This document shows positions 15,837 to 36,249 of a stretch of 64,000 nt of DNA, piece by piece; the stretch's first letter is position 1; each line of letters starts with the position of its first letter. The notes below the pieces were generated by a model, which was not told the DNA's origin, searched no databases, and was given only the letters and a program-made list of their open reading frames with translations. The position numbers and the translations under genes were made by a program. Source of the DNA: the human T2T-CHM13v2.0 reference genome, Homo sapiens; assembly GCF_009914755.1 (NCBI RefSeq), contig NC_060925.1; one strand, written 5' to 3'.

Positions 15837-18800
15837 GTAAGAGAGGTCCCCCAGCAGGCTGGACGCTGTGGGTGTGAGGGAGGAATGGGCCAGGGCACAG
15901 CAGCTGTGTGGGGAGCCGAGGGGTCCTCACCAGGGTCTCTGACAAAGCAGCCATCATCTGATTTGTTATTATTATTCTTGGAAAGACGTTGAAATAACAT
16001 TAACGAAAAACTCAAAAGAGGAAAATCTGCCACCCCTTGCTCACGTGAGACCTGTTTTCATTTCTGCACCTTCTTCCCTGTCTTTGTCCCCATTCAGTTA
16101 TATTTTCTATGCAGTTGCCTTCATGGCTTAGGTACCATTCTGCATCTGACTCTTTTCAGTTAATCTTATATTAAAAAGATTTTCCATATTGCACTTTAGA
16201 CTTTATGGTTACCATTTCTAAAAGCTGTCTATTTCATGACTTTCTAAATCCTACTCTTTTTTCACTTTTTGGCTATATTAGACAATGCTGCTGAGAACAT
16301 GGTTAAGAATGATTTGACTTCTGTTATTTCCTTGTAATGAAATCCTTGGAGAGTACAGTTTTACTTGTATCGCCTTCCAAAAGTGTTCTACATGCTGACC
16401 TTTCACACGACGTGAAGGCTGGGGCTACCTCCTGTGGTGGGATGTGCCCAGCTCTTTGCCAAGCAGCAGCACAGTGCTGTAGTTATGAGTGTAAGCTTTG
16501 GAATCAGAGAGGGTAGGGTGCTGGATCGTGGCCCTGCCACTGACCAACTGTGTGACTCTGGGCAAGTCCCTTATTCTTTCTCAGTGTCACTTTCCTTGTC
16601 TTAAGAATGCCCACTGTGCAGGGATGCCTTGAAGGTTAGATGAAATAATGTGTGGAAAGCCCTTAGCACAGTTTTTGGCTCAATAAAGGAGATGCTTCCA
16701 CTGAAGGCATCCACAGCTGCCTCCCTGAAGTGTGCTCAGCATCTCAGCAGGGTGTTGGTGTTACAGTACGGATAGGAAGATAGAGCAGTGCCTGCAGCTA
16801 ATTCAGTGACATCACCCGCTTTCAAGCCGTCACCAAGGCCTGTACTGCTACCTTCTTTGTGTCCCTCAAATAATACAGCCACCCCCTCCACTGTGTCATC
16901 TCTCACCTGGACCTTCCAATGAGCATTTAATAGCTCTTCCTCTCTTAGTCTTGCCACCATCCTCCACATGACTAATAGAGTATTTTTTTCTAAAATACAA
17001 ACCTCAAGAACACATATTCTATTTTATGAAATGAAGTGCTGCCTGTACAACACTTCATTAAAAATACAATAAAAAATAAAATAAAATACAAACCTAATTC
17101 TATTACTCGGCTGCTTAAAAACCACCTTTGGCCCCTCATTGCCTGTGGAATCAAGGCTTCAGCATAAAGACCCATCAAAATTACTTACCTCTTCAGCTTC
17201 ACCTGCCACCACCTCTACCCCCAATCACCCTGCCACAGTACACTGTAACTGGACCCCCAGAGGGATGCATCTTGCAGGATGAAACCACCACACTTTAATT
17301 TTCTTCTCTGCAAGATGCTGGTAAACCCTCCTCCTCTTTTAAGTGCCGCCTCCTCTGTCCTTAATGCCCCCAGTGGTATCCAAAGCTTCCTCCTCCGCTC
17401 TCACAGTCATACTTTTCTCTCCTCCATGTTCCCTTGTTCAATGTAGCAGTTAACCCACAGGGTGCCCATCACTCCCTTAGAAGAGTGAGCAATTTGGGAT
17501 GTGTCTTATGTTTTGAGCCCCCGAGGGCTGCACGGGGCCTTGTACATGCTAGAGATCAATTGGTATTGAATGACTGAATGAATGCTGAATGAGTGTTTTG
17601 AGGATATTATGTGATGTGACAGACTGTGATCCAGAAACAGGCACTGAGCTATAACGGAAAGTTAGAGAAAGGCTTATGTGGGCTCAGGTAATCAGGAAAG
17701 GACTTTAGAGGGAATGAGCTCCAAGTGAGGAGACAGCAGTGGGGCCTGGAAGGCAGGAGGGAGAGTTGGAGCTCTTTCTAGTGGGCAACGAGGAGTCCTT
17801 GGAGGAAGTCCTTCTCAAAACCTTTGGGCCTGCAGCATCAGCCAGTAACAGAATTTTAGAGCTGTCCCTAGGGTGCAGGAAGGGGTTTACTTGTCCCCAG
17901 TCTTGAAGGGCCATAACTCAGGGCCCTGATGACTCATAAACCTCTTTCTCCTGAAGAGAGAGTGGGCTGTCTCATTCTTCCTTCTTTATGCCCTCTGCCT
18001 CCATCCTTCATCACTCATGCATACTTAGATCGTTTTGTGATGATTTCCACTTCCAGTCTTCTCTGAGGAGGCCCACGGGATGATTTGCTTGCTGCTTCAG
18101 ATTTGGAGTCTAGAATAGAAGTGGAGTGGACTCAAGGAGGCTTAATTTTACACAGGCAAGGCTCCTAAGGACCCTGCTGGGTCAACTGAGCAAAGGGATG
18201 GTGGGTGCTGCGCTGTGCTGTGTTTCTGGCATAGATGCTGATCTCCTTTGCATCCTGACACTGCTGAATGCCTCTTTTGAGGAGGGGGCTGGGCCAGTGA
18301 GGCTGAAAATGGGGAGACTGCCATGGTTAAAAATAACTTGTGCACTGCAGTTGGGCGTGTTTCTTTAGCAGGAGAGGAGAGAGGCAGCAGAGACGAGGCG
18401 GGACTGCGACTTTAGGGTCTTGCTGAAATCTTCATGTGATTTTAGAATGCTGTGGGGGCTCCACCAGAGTAATGGAAAAGGCAGCCTTAGCTCTGCAGGG
18501 ACTCCTTCACAGGAGGTGCAGGGGGGCATGTCTGGGAGACCCTGGATGCTCTGAAGCTCTCTGAAGCAGAACTTTAATTGTGGGAGGAAATGAAGTCAGT
18601 CTTACGCTGGAAGCCAGCTGTGGCCTGTGCAATTTTCTCCTCCCCCTGGATCTTGCTTATGAAGCCAAGTGGGGGTGTCTGAATCACTCTCACCAAATAG
18701 AGATCTTCCCTTTCCCTGGCCCACTCCGTGTCCTGAGCTGGTCTTAGGGCCTCGCCCTTGCTTGAGAGGCCTGATGGGGCAAGCCTGGTGGTCACACATG

Positions 18801-19086
18801 TCAGAGTAGAGAGGGATGTCGGGGCTGAGAAACCTGCTGATTTCAGTCTACAAAGCCAAACAGGTTTTAGGGTGCTGAACCTTGTTCTTCTTCCCATCTT
18901 CCTGTTCTCATCCTTTCCCTACATTTGTTTCTCCTTCTTCTTTGCCAGCCATATTCTCAACTCCCTAAGCCCAGCCACATTCAAATGTAACAAGAGTCAC
19001 TAATGAAAGTGTCTTGTTTCGGTTTATCAGCTTTATGGTTTACACAGAGATTTCAAAATAACTCTGTTAGGCAGGACATATGTTAG

Positions 19087-19811
<725 letters not shown>

Positions 19812-22746
19812 TAGGCAATACCTGGCAACCAGCCCAGTCTGAATCTTCTGTAGTTGACAATCTAAATCTCCACACTCACCTGAGAGACTTGGTCACTTCC
19901 GGGAAAGGCCTCAGGATCCTGGTCTATAGAACCAGGAAAGGGGAGAGACAAAGATCTTGGAAAATTTGCCTCTTCCCCTCTGGCTCTCTGTCTTTAGTGA
20001 AGAGCAGTAGAAATATCCTTACTTAATGGTGGGGAGCAACAAGGAAGTGGGGCGCTAGGGAGCTTACTGTAGCAAGGAGTACAACCCCAAAGGGTAGAAA
20101 CAAAGAGAGGAAGAAATGATGTATCCCTTGGGACCTGTGGGGAGTATATTGAGAACAGGGTGCAAGACAGGGTGTCACATGGCTGTACACTGCACAACCC
20201 TTGGGGGTGCGATTCACATCACATTTGTTGTCATTGCAGACGTGTACATTTATTATTACAAGTTTCCTGCAGATGGCAGTAACATGTTTTGAAGAAGGGC
20301 TCATGTTTGGGCTAGGGCACGGTAGGGTGCAGGAAGATTCCACCATCTACCCATCAATCAGGTATTCATTCATCTAACATCACATAATCAGGACCCTCCC
20401 TGTCCTTGGCATTGATATTCAAAGATGACTGAAGATGTGGTCCCTTCTGCATGGAACTCAGTCTAGTGGAGAGGATAGAAGGGAGAAAAGGCCGGGTGTA
20501 GTGGCTCACACCTGTAATCTCAGCATTTCGGGAGGCCGAGGCAGGAGAATCATTAGAGCTAAGGAGTTCAAGACCAGCCTATGAGACCCTGTCTCTATTT
20601 TTTTTTTAAGTAGTTAGAAGGGAAAAAATAATTATATCCCCGTATGTGTTGTGAAAAAGGGGAGTGCAGTGACTCAGAGCTAAGGATTGGATCCCTCTCT
20701 GGTTGTTCATTTATTCATTCCTTCAACTAAAAAAGGGGTTAAGCTATGTGCCAGTAGAAAGCATCTATGGGATTCATTCCTAGGAGTATCAGCAAATGCT
20801 GCTGAAATAATCATTCCCAACATCTGCTCCATTGTGGCCTTCTAGTCAGACGACAATTGTCTCTCTGCACAGCCCTTGTTTCAGTTGGCTTTATATTCAC
20901 GTTCATTGTTCCCAGGTTCATTTCCCTCACCAGCTCTGGAGGTCTCTGTAGTCAGGAGTCCCATCTTACCCTTTTTGCCCTGGGACAGAGAGCCATGAGA
21001 GCACTACCTGGTCAGAAGCTGGAGCTTACTCCTCTGGGCCCATGTGTCTCTCCTCCAAGTTGGGAGCTCTGAGAAGACATCTCACAGGCACCTCTCTGCT
21101 TCATTCATTCATTCAATAAAAAAATGGATTAAGCTCCTGCCATGTGCCAGGCACTGCGGAGATAACTGAATCTGGAGTTACAAGACTTAGGCAAATGACC
21201 TCACTTCTTGGATCCTCAGTTTCCTTATCTATAAAAGGGAGATGGTGATAAAGGGTGTAAAAGGGAAATGAACGAGAATCAGAATGTGCTGGAAAAACAC
21301 AGGTTCACATGGCCCGTTACTGCACTTAACAGTGTCATTCCTTGTAACCTCCCTGGCAGCCAGATGAAGCAGTGGAGACTCAGGAGGCCAGCAGTTTCCC
21401 AGGCCAGCAAAGAAGGAGCCCAAGCCTCTTATTTCTGTCCCCTTCTTTTGTTCTTTAGGCCTTTGTCAGGGAGCAGATGGAAGTGGCTTATTCTGGCCAA
21501 GCCGTGAGTGGGAAGAAGGGAATGCAGGGATGGGAAATGGAACCCTAAAGACAATCTCATTGGGAATCCTTACTCCTCAGCTGCCAAACTTCCTTGCCCT
21601 GAGGCTCTTCGAGTTTTGTATCCAGGAAGGCTCCTCCTCCTTCCCAGCTTCTCTACTTCTTCCTGGCAGTGTCCTCAGAGTCTCTGGCCCTGTCCTGGAG
21701 CTTGGTTTCAGTAGCAGCAGAGAAGAGCAGAGGAGAGTGCCCTGAAAGTGGGGCAGAATGAATTGTAGCTACACACCACCAGCTCAGCTCCAGCTCTTTG
21801 AAAGTAAATCTGGGTCACATTAGCTGTGGGCTGGAACATGACCACGTGGGCAGAATTCTGTGCAGGCAGCAGAAAAGACAGCCAATCTGTCCTTTCTCTG
21901 AGGTGCAGGGCCCCTGTGGGACCCCAGTTGGTGAGGGAAGGTGGTTTCTGGATTGCAAGGTGTAATGCCATCTTAATGCCATCATGCTTTTCTAATGACA
22001 TCCTAGGTGACATAGAGAAAGGTATGGAATGGCAGTTTGGCTCATGCCTTTCTGTTTGTTATGGGAGAAGCCTAGGCTGAAGGTAGGAATGCAGAGGAAG
22101 GACTGGTTACTTTGGGGACTGTGGAAGGCCATCATTTCTCAGTCTCATGGGCTCAGGGGTTAGATGCCACCAGAGTAGCTGACACTGCAGCAGGATCTAG
22201 GGCTGCACTTGTTCTTTATTTCAGCAGTCCTCCCCTTGAGGAAAGGTCTGTGAACAGATCCATCATCACTAAAGTGTTATATGGAGCCTGGCTGGCCTCC
22301 TTTTTCTGGTTGCTGTGGCTAGGGCCTGCCATGATTTGGCCCGGCCACTGCTTGTTGCCACATGTCAGTTACAAGCCTGCCAGCCTGAAAGCCCTGTCTT
22401 GGCTTTCCTGTAGGAGCAGAATAGGTGTCCCTTGCTGGAATCTCTGCCTGGATCTGGGATACTGCTACAGGGAAGGTCTGAAGCCCCTATAACTTGAAGG
22501 GTGATGATTATGAGCTGAAGCTTCTGTCTTAAGCTGTGCCCCACCCCTACCCCAGAAGATACCAGGCTTTTGCCTTGTGGTCAGGGGAGGATTCTGCCTG
22601 GGGCCTCAGTGGATGTCTCTGGGATGCCCTCCCCCACTCATTCACACATTTCTTCATGTGCTCACTCTTCCATTCATTCACGCAAAGGGCTGGCTTTGGG
22701 AGTCAGCCGGAGCCCTAGTTTCATTGCTCACTTGCTAATTGGGTGA

Positions 22747-23204
<458 letters not shown>

Positions 23205-24139
23205 TAGCTCTTTTCATGAATATCATTCATTCACTCATACACTTGTTCATAGATTCATGAATGTGCTGATTTATCCCCTTGCTTATTCACTGATTACACA
23301 CTTGCTTATTTAACAAATATCCCTAGGGCTACTTTGCTCTAGGCTCAGACTGCACTTCAGAGCCCAGCTCCTGCCTATGAAGACCGTTAGAATGCAGCAT
23401 GAACTGAGCTACATTGCAAGTCCAAAGAGTTTTGAGGAAGTTCTGGAAGGGAAGGCACTTCTACTCCTGCCCCTCCCTGGCTTAGAGCAATGATAGCATT
23501 TCTTCTGGGGCTGGGAAAAGAAATAGGAATTAGCCAGGACAACCTGAAGAGACAGGGCACTTCCCGGTGGTTTGCATCTATTCTTGCTCTCCTTTCTTTG
23601 GCTTTCGTAGGAAGGAAAGAAGGAAAATGAAGAGAGAACAGCTGGTGAGAATTAGGAACTAAAGAATCTAGACGGTGGTTTGGGGAGTGAACTCTGGACT
23701 CAGTTTAGGAGCACCTTAGAGCTGGTGCCAGCTGGGTTCCTCCGGTGAATAATAGCTGGTAAAGTCACTGTGTAGAGTCCTAGATGGGTGCCAGGCATTT
23801 TACATACATCATTTAATCCTCATAGAACCCTGGGAAGTAGTTGCTATTCTCAACAGAAATGTTAAGTAACTTGTCTGAGGTTATACACTGAGCAAATAAT
23901 GGAGCTGGGATTCAGCATTACTTAATGTGCATGGCACCCCCTGGCCCTCAACATGTACAATATGCCCTTTGCAGTTATTCAAGTGCTGAGTTTCTGGTCA
24001 GCCTAACTCCAAAGCCCTGGCACTTTTCAGGATATTTCAAACATAGTAAAGTAGTGAGAATAGTACAGTGAACCCCCATCACCCAGAAACAAGAATGATC
24101 AATTAATTCATGGCCAATTTTATTTCATTCATACACCGC

Positions 24140-27800
<3,661 letters not shown>

Positions 27801-28264
27801 CCCACTTCTCCCTCCCCAGTTATGTATAAGAAAGTTCCGGTAGCTGGGTGCAGTGGCTCATGCCTGTAATCCTAGCTACTCGGAGGGCTGAGGCAGGAGA
27901 ATCACTTGAACCGGGAGGCAGAGGTCGTAGTGAGTCGAGACTGCGCCACTGCACTCCAGCCTTGGTGACAGAGCAAGACTCTATCTCAAAAAAAAAAAAA
28001 AATCAGAAAGTTCCCGTAATCACATACTTCTACCTTCCTCCGTTTTTGTTTTTGAGACAGAGTTTTGCTCTGTTGCCCAGGCTGCAGTGCAGTGGCACAA
28101 TTGTAGCTCACTGCAACTTCAAACTCCTTTACTTCCCTCACTTTTTAACCATTATATTATACTACCTTTCCTCTAGTAGTAAATATACCAGTTTATCTGC
28201 TTCAGAGTCCATGTCTGAGGACTGGAACCACTGCCACCTGACCTACTGCCCAGAGTCTTCATGA

Positions 28265-28396
<132 letters not shown>

Positions 28397-28399
28397 TGA

Positions 28400-28588
<189 letters not shown>

Positions 28589-30083
28589 TAACACCCAGAT
28601 GTTCAGGCTCCAGGGGCAGTGTGTCCCTCCTAGCATTGCTTGGCTGATCCTCTGGTCCTTCCAGCTTGAGGTTCAGGCTCTATCCCCAGAACACACAGAG
28701 CTAGGCTAGAGCATATCTGGTTCTGTTCTGCCAGTATAATTAAACTAAATATCCAAAAAATGAATTTCAAGGATTCAATCTTGACAGACTGAAGTCGAGT
28801 TGCAATAGGATTCAGGTCCTTAACATCATGGCGGGAGGATAGCACAGTGGCTCATGTCTCTAACCCCAGAACTTTAGGAGGCCAAGGTGGGTGGATCACT
28901 TGAGCTCAGGGGTTCAACATCGGCCTGGGTTACATGGCGAAACCCCATCTCTACAAAAAATACAAAAATTAGCTGGGCATGGTGGTGTACACCTGTAGTA
29001 CAAGCTATCTGGGGGACTGAGGCTAGAGGATCACTTGAGCCTGGGAGGTTGAGGCAGCAGTGAGCCATGTTCATGCCACTGTACTGTAGCCTGGGTGACA
29101 AAGTGAAACCCTGTCTCAAAAAAAAAAAAAATCATCAAGGGAATGAGTTCCATTTTTGTTATAGGGGCCTGTGCCCCAGGACTGCCCTGATGCTGGTGAA
29201 CTGCTTCACGTGACTCTGATCTCAACTGAGAGCATTGGCCACCACTCTCAAGGGCCTCTCCCGGCCTCAGTGATTTGTGCTCTTTCCAGGCTGCCTGTTA
29301 GTGCCCCTTTAGAGGTTTCTACCTTGAGATGGTGTTGGATGGGGAGCTGTGGCTTCAAGTGAAGAGAAGTTTCATAGATTAAAAAAAGCCACACCTCACA
29401 GTTTGGGGAACCTCCCAATTCCCCAAAGAGTATAGACTGCCTCAGAGGATCCACACAGGGTAAGACCCTGTCCTGCCTCAGAGCAGGAAGAGAGATTGGG
29501 TATGGTTCAGCAGGGCTCACATTAGCCTGATTCCTTCAAGAGTGAAGATAAAAACAGTTTTACTGACAAAGAAGCTGGGAGACAGCAGAGGGGCCAATAC
29601 CTTTTATAACTACTATTGTTAGGTTCTGAATGCCAGCCTTGGCGCTCAGCATCTTACATGCTGTATTTGACCTAATCCTCAAAACAACTTTAGGAGGCAG
29701 ATGTGCTACAGCAGAGGAAGCAGAAGCCCAGAGAGTTTGGTAACTTGCTCAAGGTCTCCCAGCCAGTAAGGGGCCAAGCTTGGAATGGTGCTAGCTCTGC
29801 CTAGGGCAACCCACTGCCTCCCCCATTACAAGGAACAGTAGTTTAATAACAGCTAACATCTGTGTAGCACTTCAAGGTTCACGGAGTGCCTTAACATCCA
29901 TTATCTCTACTGTGCCTTGGGAAGCCGGTGCGGTGAGGCCTTCCACGCCCCTTTGGGATAGCTGCCTGTCAGGGGTCCAGCCTCTGCTCATTTCTTCCAG
30001 GAAGCACTGGAGATTATTTGGAGTTGGCTCTGACGAGCCACGGGAGAGGCCTAGGGAGAGGCTGAGGTGGAGCGACTTGGCCA

Positions 30084-30138
30084 GTTGCTATGGTAACCCA
30101 GATGGCTGAGTAACCATTTTGAGGGTTGCTATGGTGAT
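30084..30138. promoter_or_regulatory. Pair of RFX X-box motifs
   Basis: GTTGCTATGGTAAC (30084-30097) and GTTGCTATGGTGAT (30125-30138), against consensus GTTGCCATGGCAAC. Confidence 0.6.
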
Positions 30139-30386
30139 GGGCTGCTGGTGGCAGGGATCTTGTCTTCCTGGGTGGCTGGCACCCTCCAGGCCTCTTAAAT
30201 TGAGATGTTGCACTTTCTGAACAGAAGAGGGCAGCATGAGAGCAGGCAAAGGCTTCTTACCCCAGAGCGGATTTGGGAACTTGAGGCAAAGCTTAGAAAA
30301 GGTTTCTAGGAGCTGGGCAGAAAGGGAGCTTTGGCTGGTGCCCAAGAGGCTGGTGGAGCTTCACTTCTGAGACTAGAACTAGGTAA

Positions 30387-30695
<309 letters not shown>

Positions 30696-30718
30696 TGACC
30701 ACCATCACGCCCGGCTAA

Positions 30719-30928
<210 letters not shown>

Positions 30929-31939
30929 TAAACTTTCTAGAGGTTGAGGAAGGAGCACTAGCAGAAAGAGAAATAATTTTGTACTTCCCTCTTTCCTCCC
31001 TACACATGAAGTGCCCTCAGCCCTTGACCACTGAGTGGACATTGAGTTGGATTCTCAATTGTCTTGAATCAGATCTGGCTCCCTCCCCCAACCCCCATAA
31101 CAGTTCAATGAGGCATCCATTCCTTCAGCAAATATTTATTGAACATCTACTATGTGCAAAGTATTGTGTTAGGCCCAGTGATGAAGAAAGATGAAATAGA
31201 TGTCTTTGCCCTCAGGAACCTATGAAGTAGGAGGTTAAGGAGGCAGTGATACAGACATCCACAGTACATGTACCTGGAGTTCAAGACCAACATAGTGAGA
31301 CCCTGTCTCTATAAAAAATTTTTTTAAAAAGCTGGGCACGGAGGTTCACACCTGTAATCTCAGCACTTTGGGAGGCTGAGGCAGGCCGACTACTTGAGCC
31401 CAAGAGTTCGAGACCAGCCTGGACAGTATGGTGAAATCCTGTCTCTACAAATAGCACAAAAATTATCTGGGCGTGGTGGCACCTGCCTGTAGTCCTAGCT
31501 GCTGGTGGGTTAATTGGTGGGCGCACTGAGGCAGGAGGATTGCTTGAGCCTAAGAGGCAGAGGTGTCAGTGAGCCAAGATTGTGCCACCGCACTCCAGCC
31601 TGGGTGATAGAGTAAGACGCTGCCTCTAAATAAATAAATAGAAAAAAAATTTCACGTCATTTGGGGTGAACTTTCAAGGTAGATTTCAGTAGGTGGAGTT
31701 GGGGGATGGGACATTCTAGGCAAAGCCTCAGAGTCTGATTATAGGGAAAGGAGGTACACACAAGGGTGTCATTGGAGATCAGCCTGAAAAGGAAGCTAGA
31801 TGTCTAAATATGGAAGACTTGGAATTCCAGGCTTAGATAAGGGATGCTGTGAGACAAACATACTCTCTCCTTAAATACTCTAGCCTTCCAGCTAGTCAGT
31901 AGTCACAGACAGCCAAGTATTTTAGGATCATCTGGTTCA

Positions 31940-33640
<1,701 letters not shown>

Positions 33641-34858
33641 AATAGTTAATGAGTGCCCTATATGTGCCAGATCATTTGCTAGGTGCTAAGGATCCTGTGG
33701 TGAATTAGACGACAAACAGTCTCAGCCCTCAGGGAGCTTACGATTTAGTAAGGATGAGAGACACTGTACCATAACTTCAAGTGTGATGAGTATTACCAAA
33801 GGGTAGAGGAGGACCTATTAATTGGAGGGGGGGGGGGTCAAGGAAGGCTTTCCCCTGGGGAGTTTCAGCAGAAGCATGGGTAGGAGTGAGCCAGGCCAAA
33901 GGAGAGTGATGAAGGGTTATAATCTGGGAGGAAAGTCGGTTGGATGGCCCTGAGGCGAGATAACACATTGGAGGCGCTGAAAGAAATAGAAAGTGGCAGG
34001 GCTTTAGGGATAGGGGTATTTGATGAGGCTTTAATTGGGAGGACACCAAGGATAAAGGGCATTAATTTCCTTGTATTACTCTTCTCTTCCACTAGATGCC
34101 CTTCCGAGTACATCCTTCTGCTTCCCCCATTGCAGCCTTCTTAGAAATGCAGCAGCAGTCTCACCCATCAGGAGCAAAAGAAAATCAAAGACCAAAAGGA
34201 GAAAGCCTCAGAGCTTTTGCGACTGTGTGGTCTGGCTATAAATTTAGACTGTTGCTTGAAAGAAGCGAAAAACCTCCCCTTCATAGACTTCCTTCTTCCC
34301 ATCCCCCCTGGCAGCCGCTTTGTTCCTCTAGCCTTGTAAAATTTTCTCTGTATAAAACAGGAACATCAGCCAAACATGTGGACTTCCCCACTTTCCATTC
34401 ATTAGAAGAATGCATTATTTCAAAATCTCCTGGGAGCATTTAAATGCAAATTTTGTCAAGAAAGCAATTTGAGTCTTAGAGAAGCCCTCTAGCCACAACC
34501 TAAAGCAGAAGTTTCTTCTTTGATTTGTGTGTTTCTTAAAAGGAATCTCAACCCCTTGCCTTCTCCCTGCAACGCCCCCAGGTCTTCTCTGATTCTCACA
34601 GCGGACTCTTCCCCTTTTTGCCCCTGTTCTTTCTTCACCTTTGGCAAGCATCAGTCACACATCTTGAGGAACCTGCTCACAAAGTGGCGCGTGTAGCAGC
34701 CCCAGGTGGGAATGGAGGGACTTTTCTATGTAGTGTAATGGACATAAGGAGGCAGATGTCTGTGTGGGGGTGAGATGTCTGTGTGGAGGTGTTTGTATGC
34801 GTGATTTCTGTCTGGGCCTTCTTAGGCCTGCTGGTATAAAATAATATGGGAAATGCAG

Positions 34859-34869
34859 ATGACTCAGCA
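34859..34869 (+). promoter_or_regulatory. Consensus ARE / NF-E2 / BACH site
   Basis: ATGACTCAGCA in repeat-poor DNA ~1.4 kb upstream of CpG island 2. Confidence 0.55.
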
Positions 34870-36249
34870 CTGACACAGTCAAGATCCCCAGAGTTAGCAT
34901 TTCTATATTCTCTGCTGTTTACGAAAAATGTGCTTGTGCCATCAATCAGCAACTCATCCTGCATTTTCCGCTAAAAGCCTTTTACTGAAAAATGCATATA
35001 CTTCAAACTTATTCCCCTTCTTTTTGTAAACTGAGCTCATTAGCAGCTGACACCAAACTGAGAACTAGTTTTGTTTGTTTGTTTGTTTTAGCACGGAGGA
35101 TTAAACTGGAAGGAAATGAGCATTTGTCTAAGGATCCTCCCTGTCCTCTTTCAGGCCCTTCCCTGCATGATCTTCATGCCCACAACTTGGGCAGGCCAGC
35201 AAAACTTGATGGGAAAAGATATGATTAATGACTTGCTCACCTGATTTCTGATCAGGGTGTGGTGTGGAAACAACCAGCATGCACCTATTAGCGAAAAGCG
35301 TCATTTGTTTTACTTGTTACCAATGTGCTGAGCATTGACCAAAATACTTGGCACTACTCACAAGGTACAAAGACACCTTCCCTAGCCTGGGGTTAAGAAG
35401 TTTCTCCTTCAAACTCTTGAGAATGGGAACTGGAATGGAAGCCCAAGTCCCAATTTTGGTTGCTCAGTGTTGCATGAATTCTTTTTTTACTTGCTAATGT
35501 GCCCTTATTGTGAGATCAGCCAGTGTAACTTCTTACCCACAACCACCTCTCCAGACCTCCTGAAAAATCAAGCTAACAGGGGAGGATAACTGCTAAATGG
35601 GGGGTGGCGGGCACAACGTGTCACCTACATTGACCAGAGTTCTTCATTCACTGCTCATGGCTCCAGCGCACTCCATGAATATTGGGATTGAATGATACAC
35701 AACCGAATGTTGGATCAAATGATGTTGGGAGCTCTGTCCTCAAAATGGCCCCTAATAAATCCCTACCCATATTTTCCAGTTTCCTTTCTTTACTCTTTCC
35801 TTTCCCCTGATGACAAAGAATAATTGGCTTCCCCTTTTCTTCCCTGACCAGCTATGCTCCAGAGTCCTTTCTTTGTTCCCTAACAGTCCTGGTTCCGTCT
35901 CAGGTTCCCACATTTCTCCCTTTTGATCTCTGTCTCTCTGTTCAGATGGCTGTCACAGTTTAATAATTCTGGAGGGTCTATCCCCTACAGATTTATGTCT
36001 CCCTGTCTCTCCTCTTATTCACCCCATGGTGCATTCAGAATCCCGTTTTCGTGCCTCCCTGGGTTGTCATTTCTCAGGCTCTGGCTCCTTGGCCTGGTTT
36101 ACTTCATGGTGCTGGATCTGCCCCGTCACTTCTTGTTCAGCTTCTTCTGTTTCTGGAAAACCCTTTGTTCCCGGGCTTCTTTGTGGGCTCAGTGTCCTCC
36201 GGCCCTACACTGCAGCCCTGTCTGGATCTTGCCCTTGTCCTCGTTCTGA

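Noticed and set aside
15837-15992. ORF continuations beyond the splice donor (to 15877 and 15992; likewise 37111-37241)
   Set aside because: Intronic read-through; homology stops at the GT donors.
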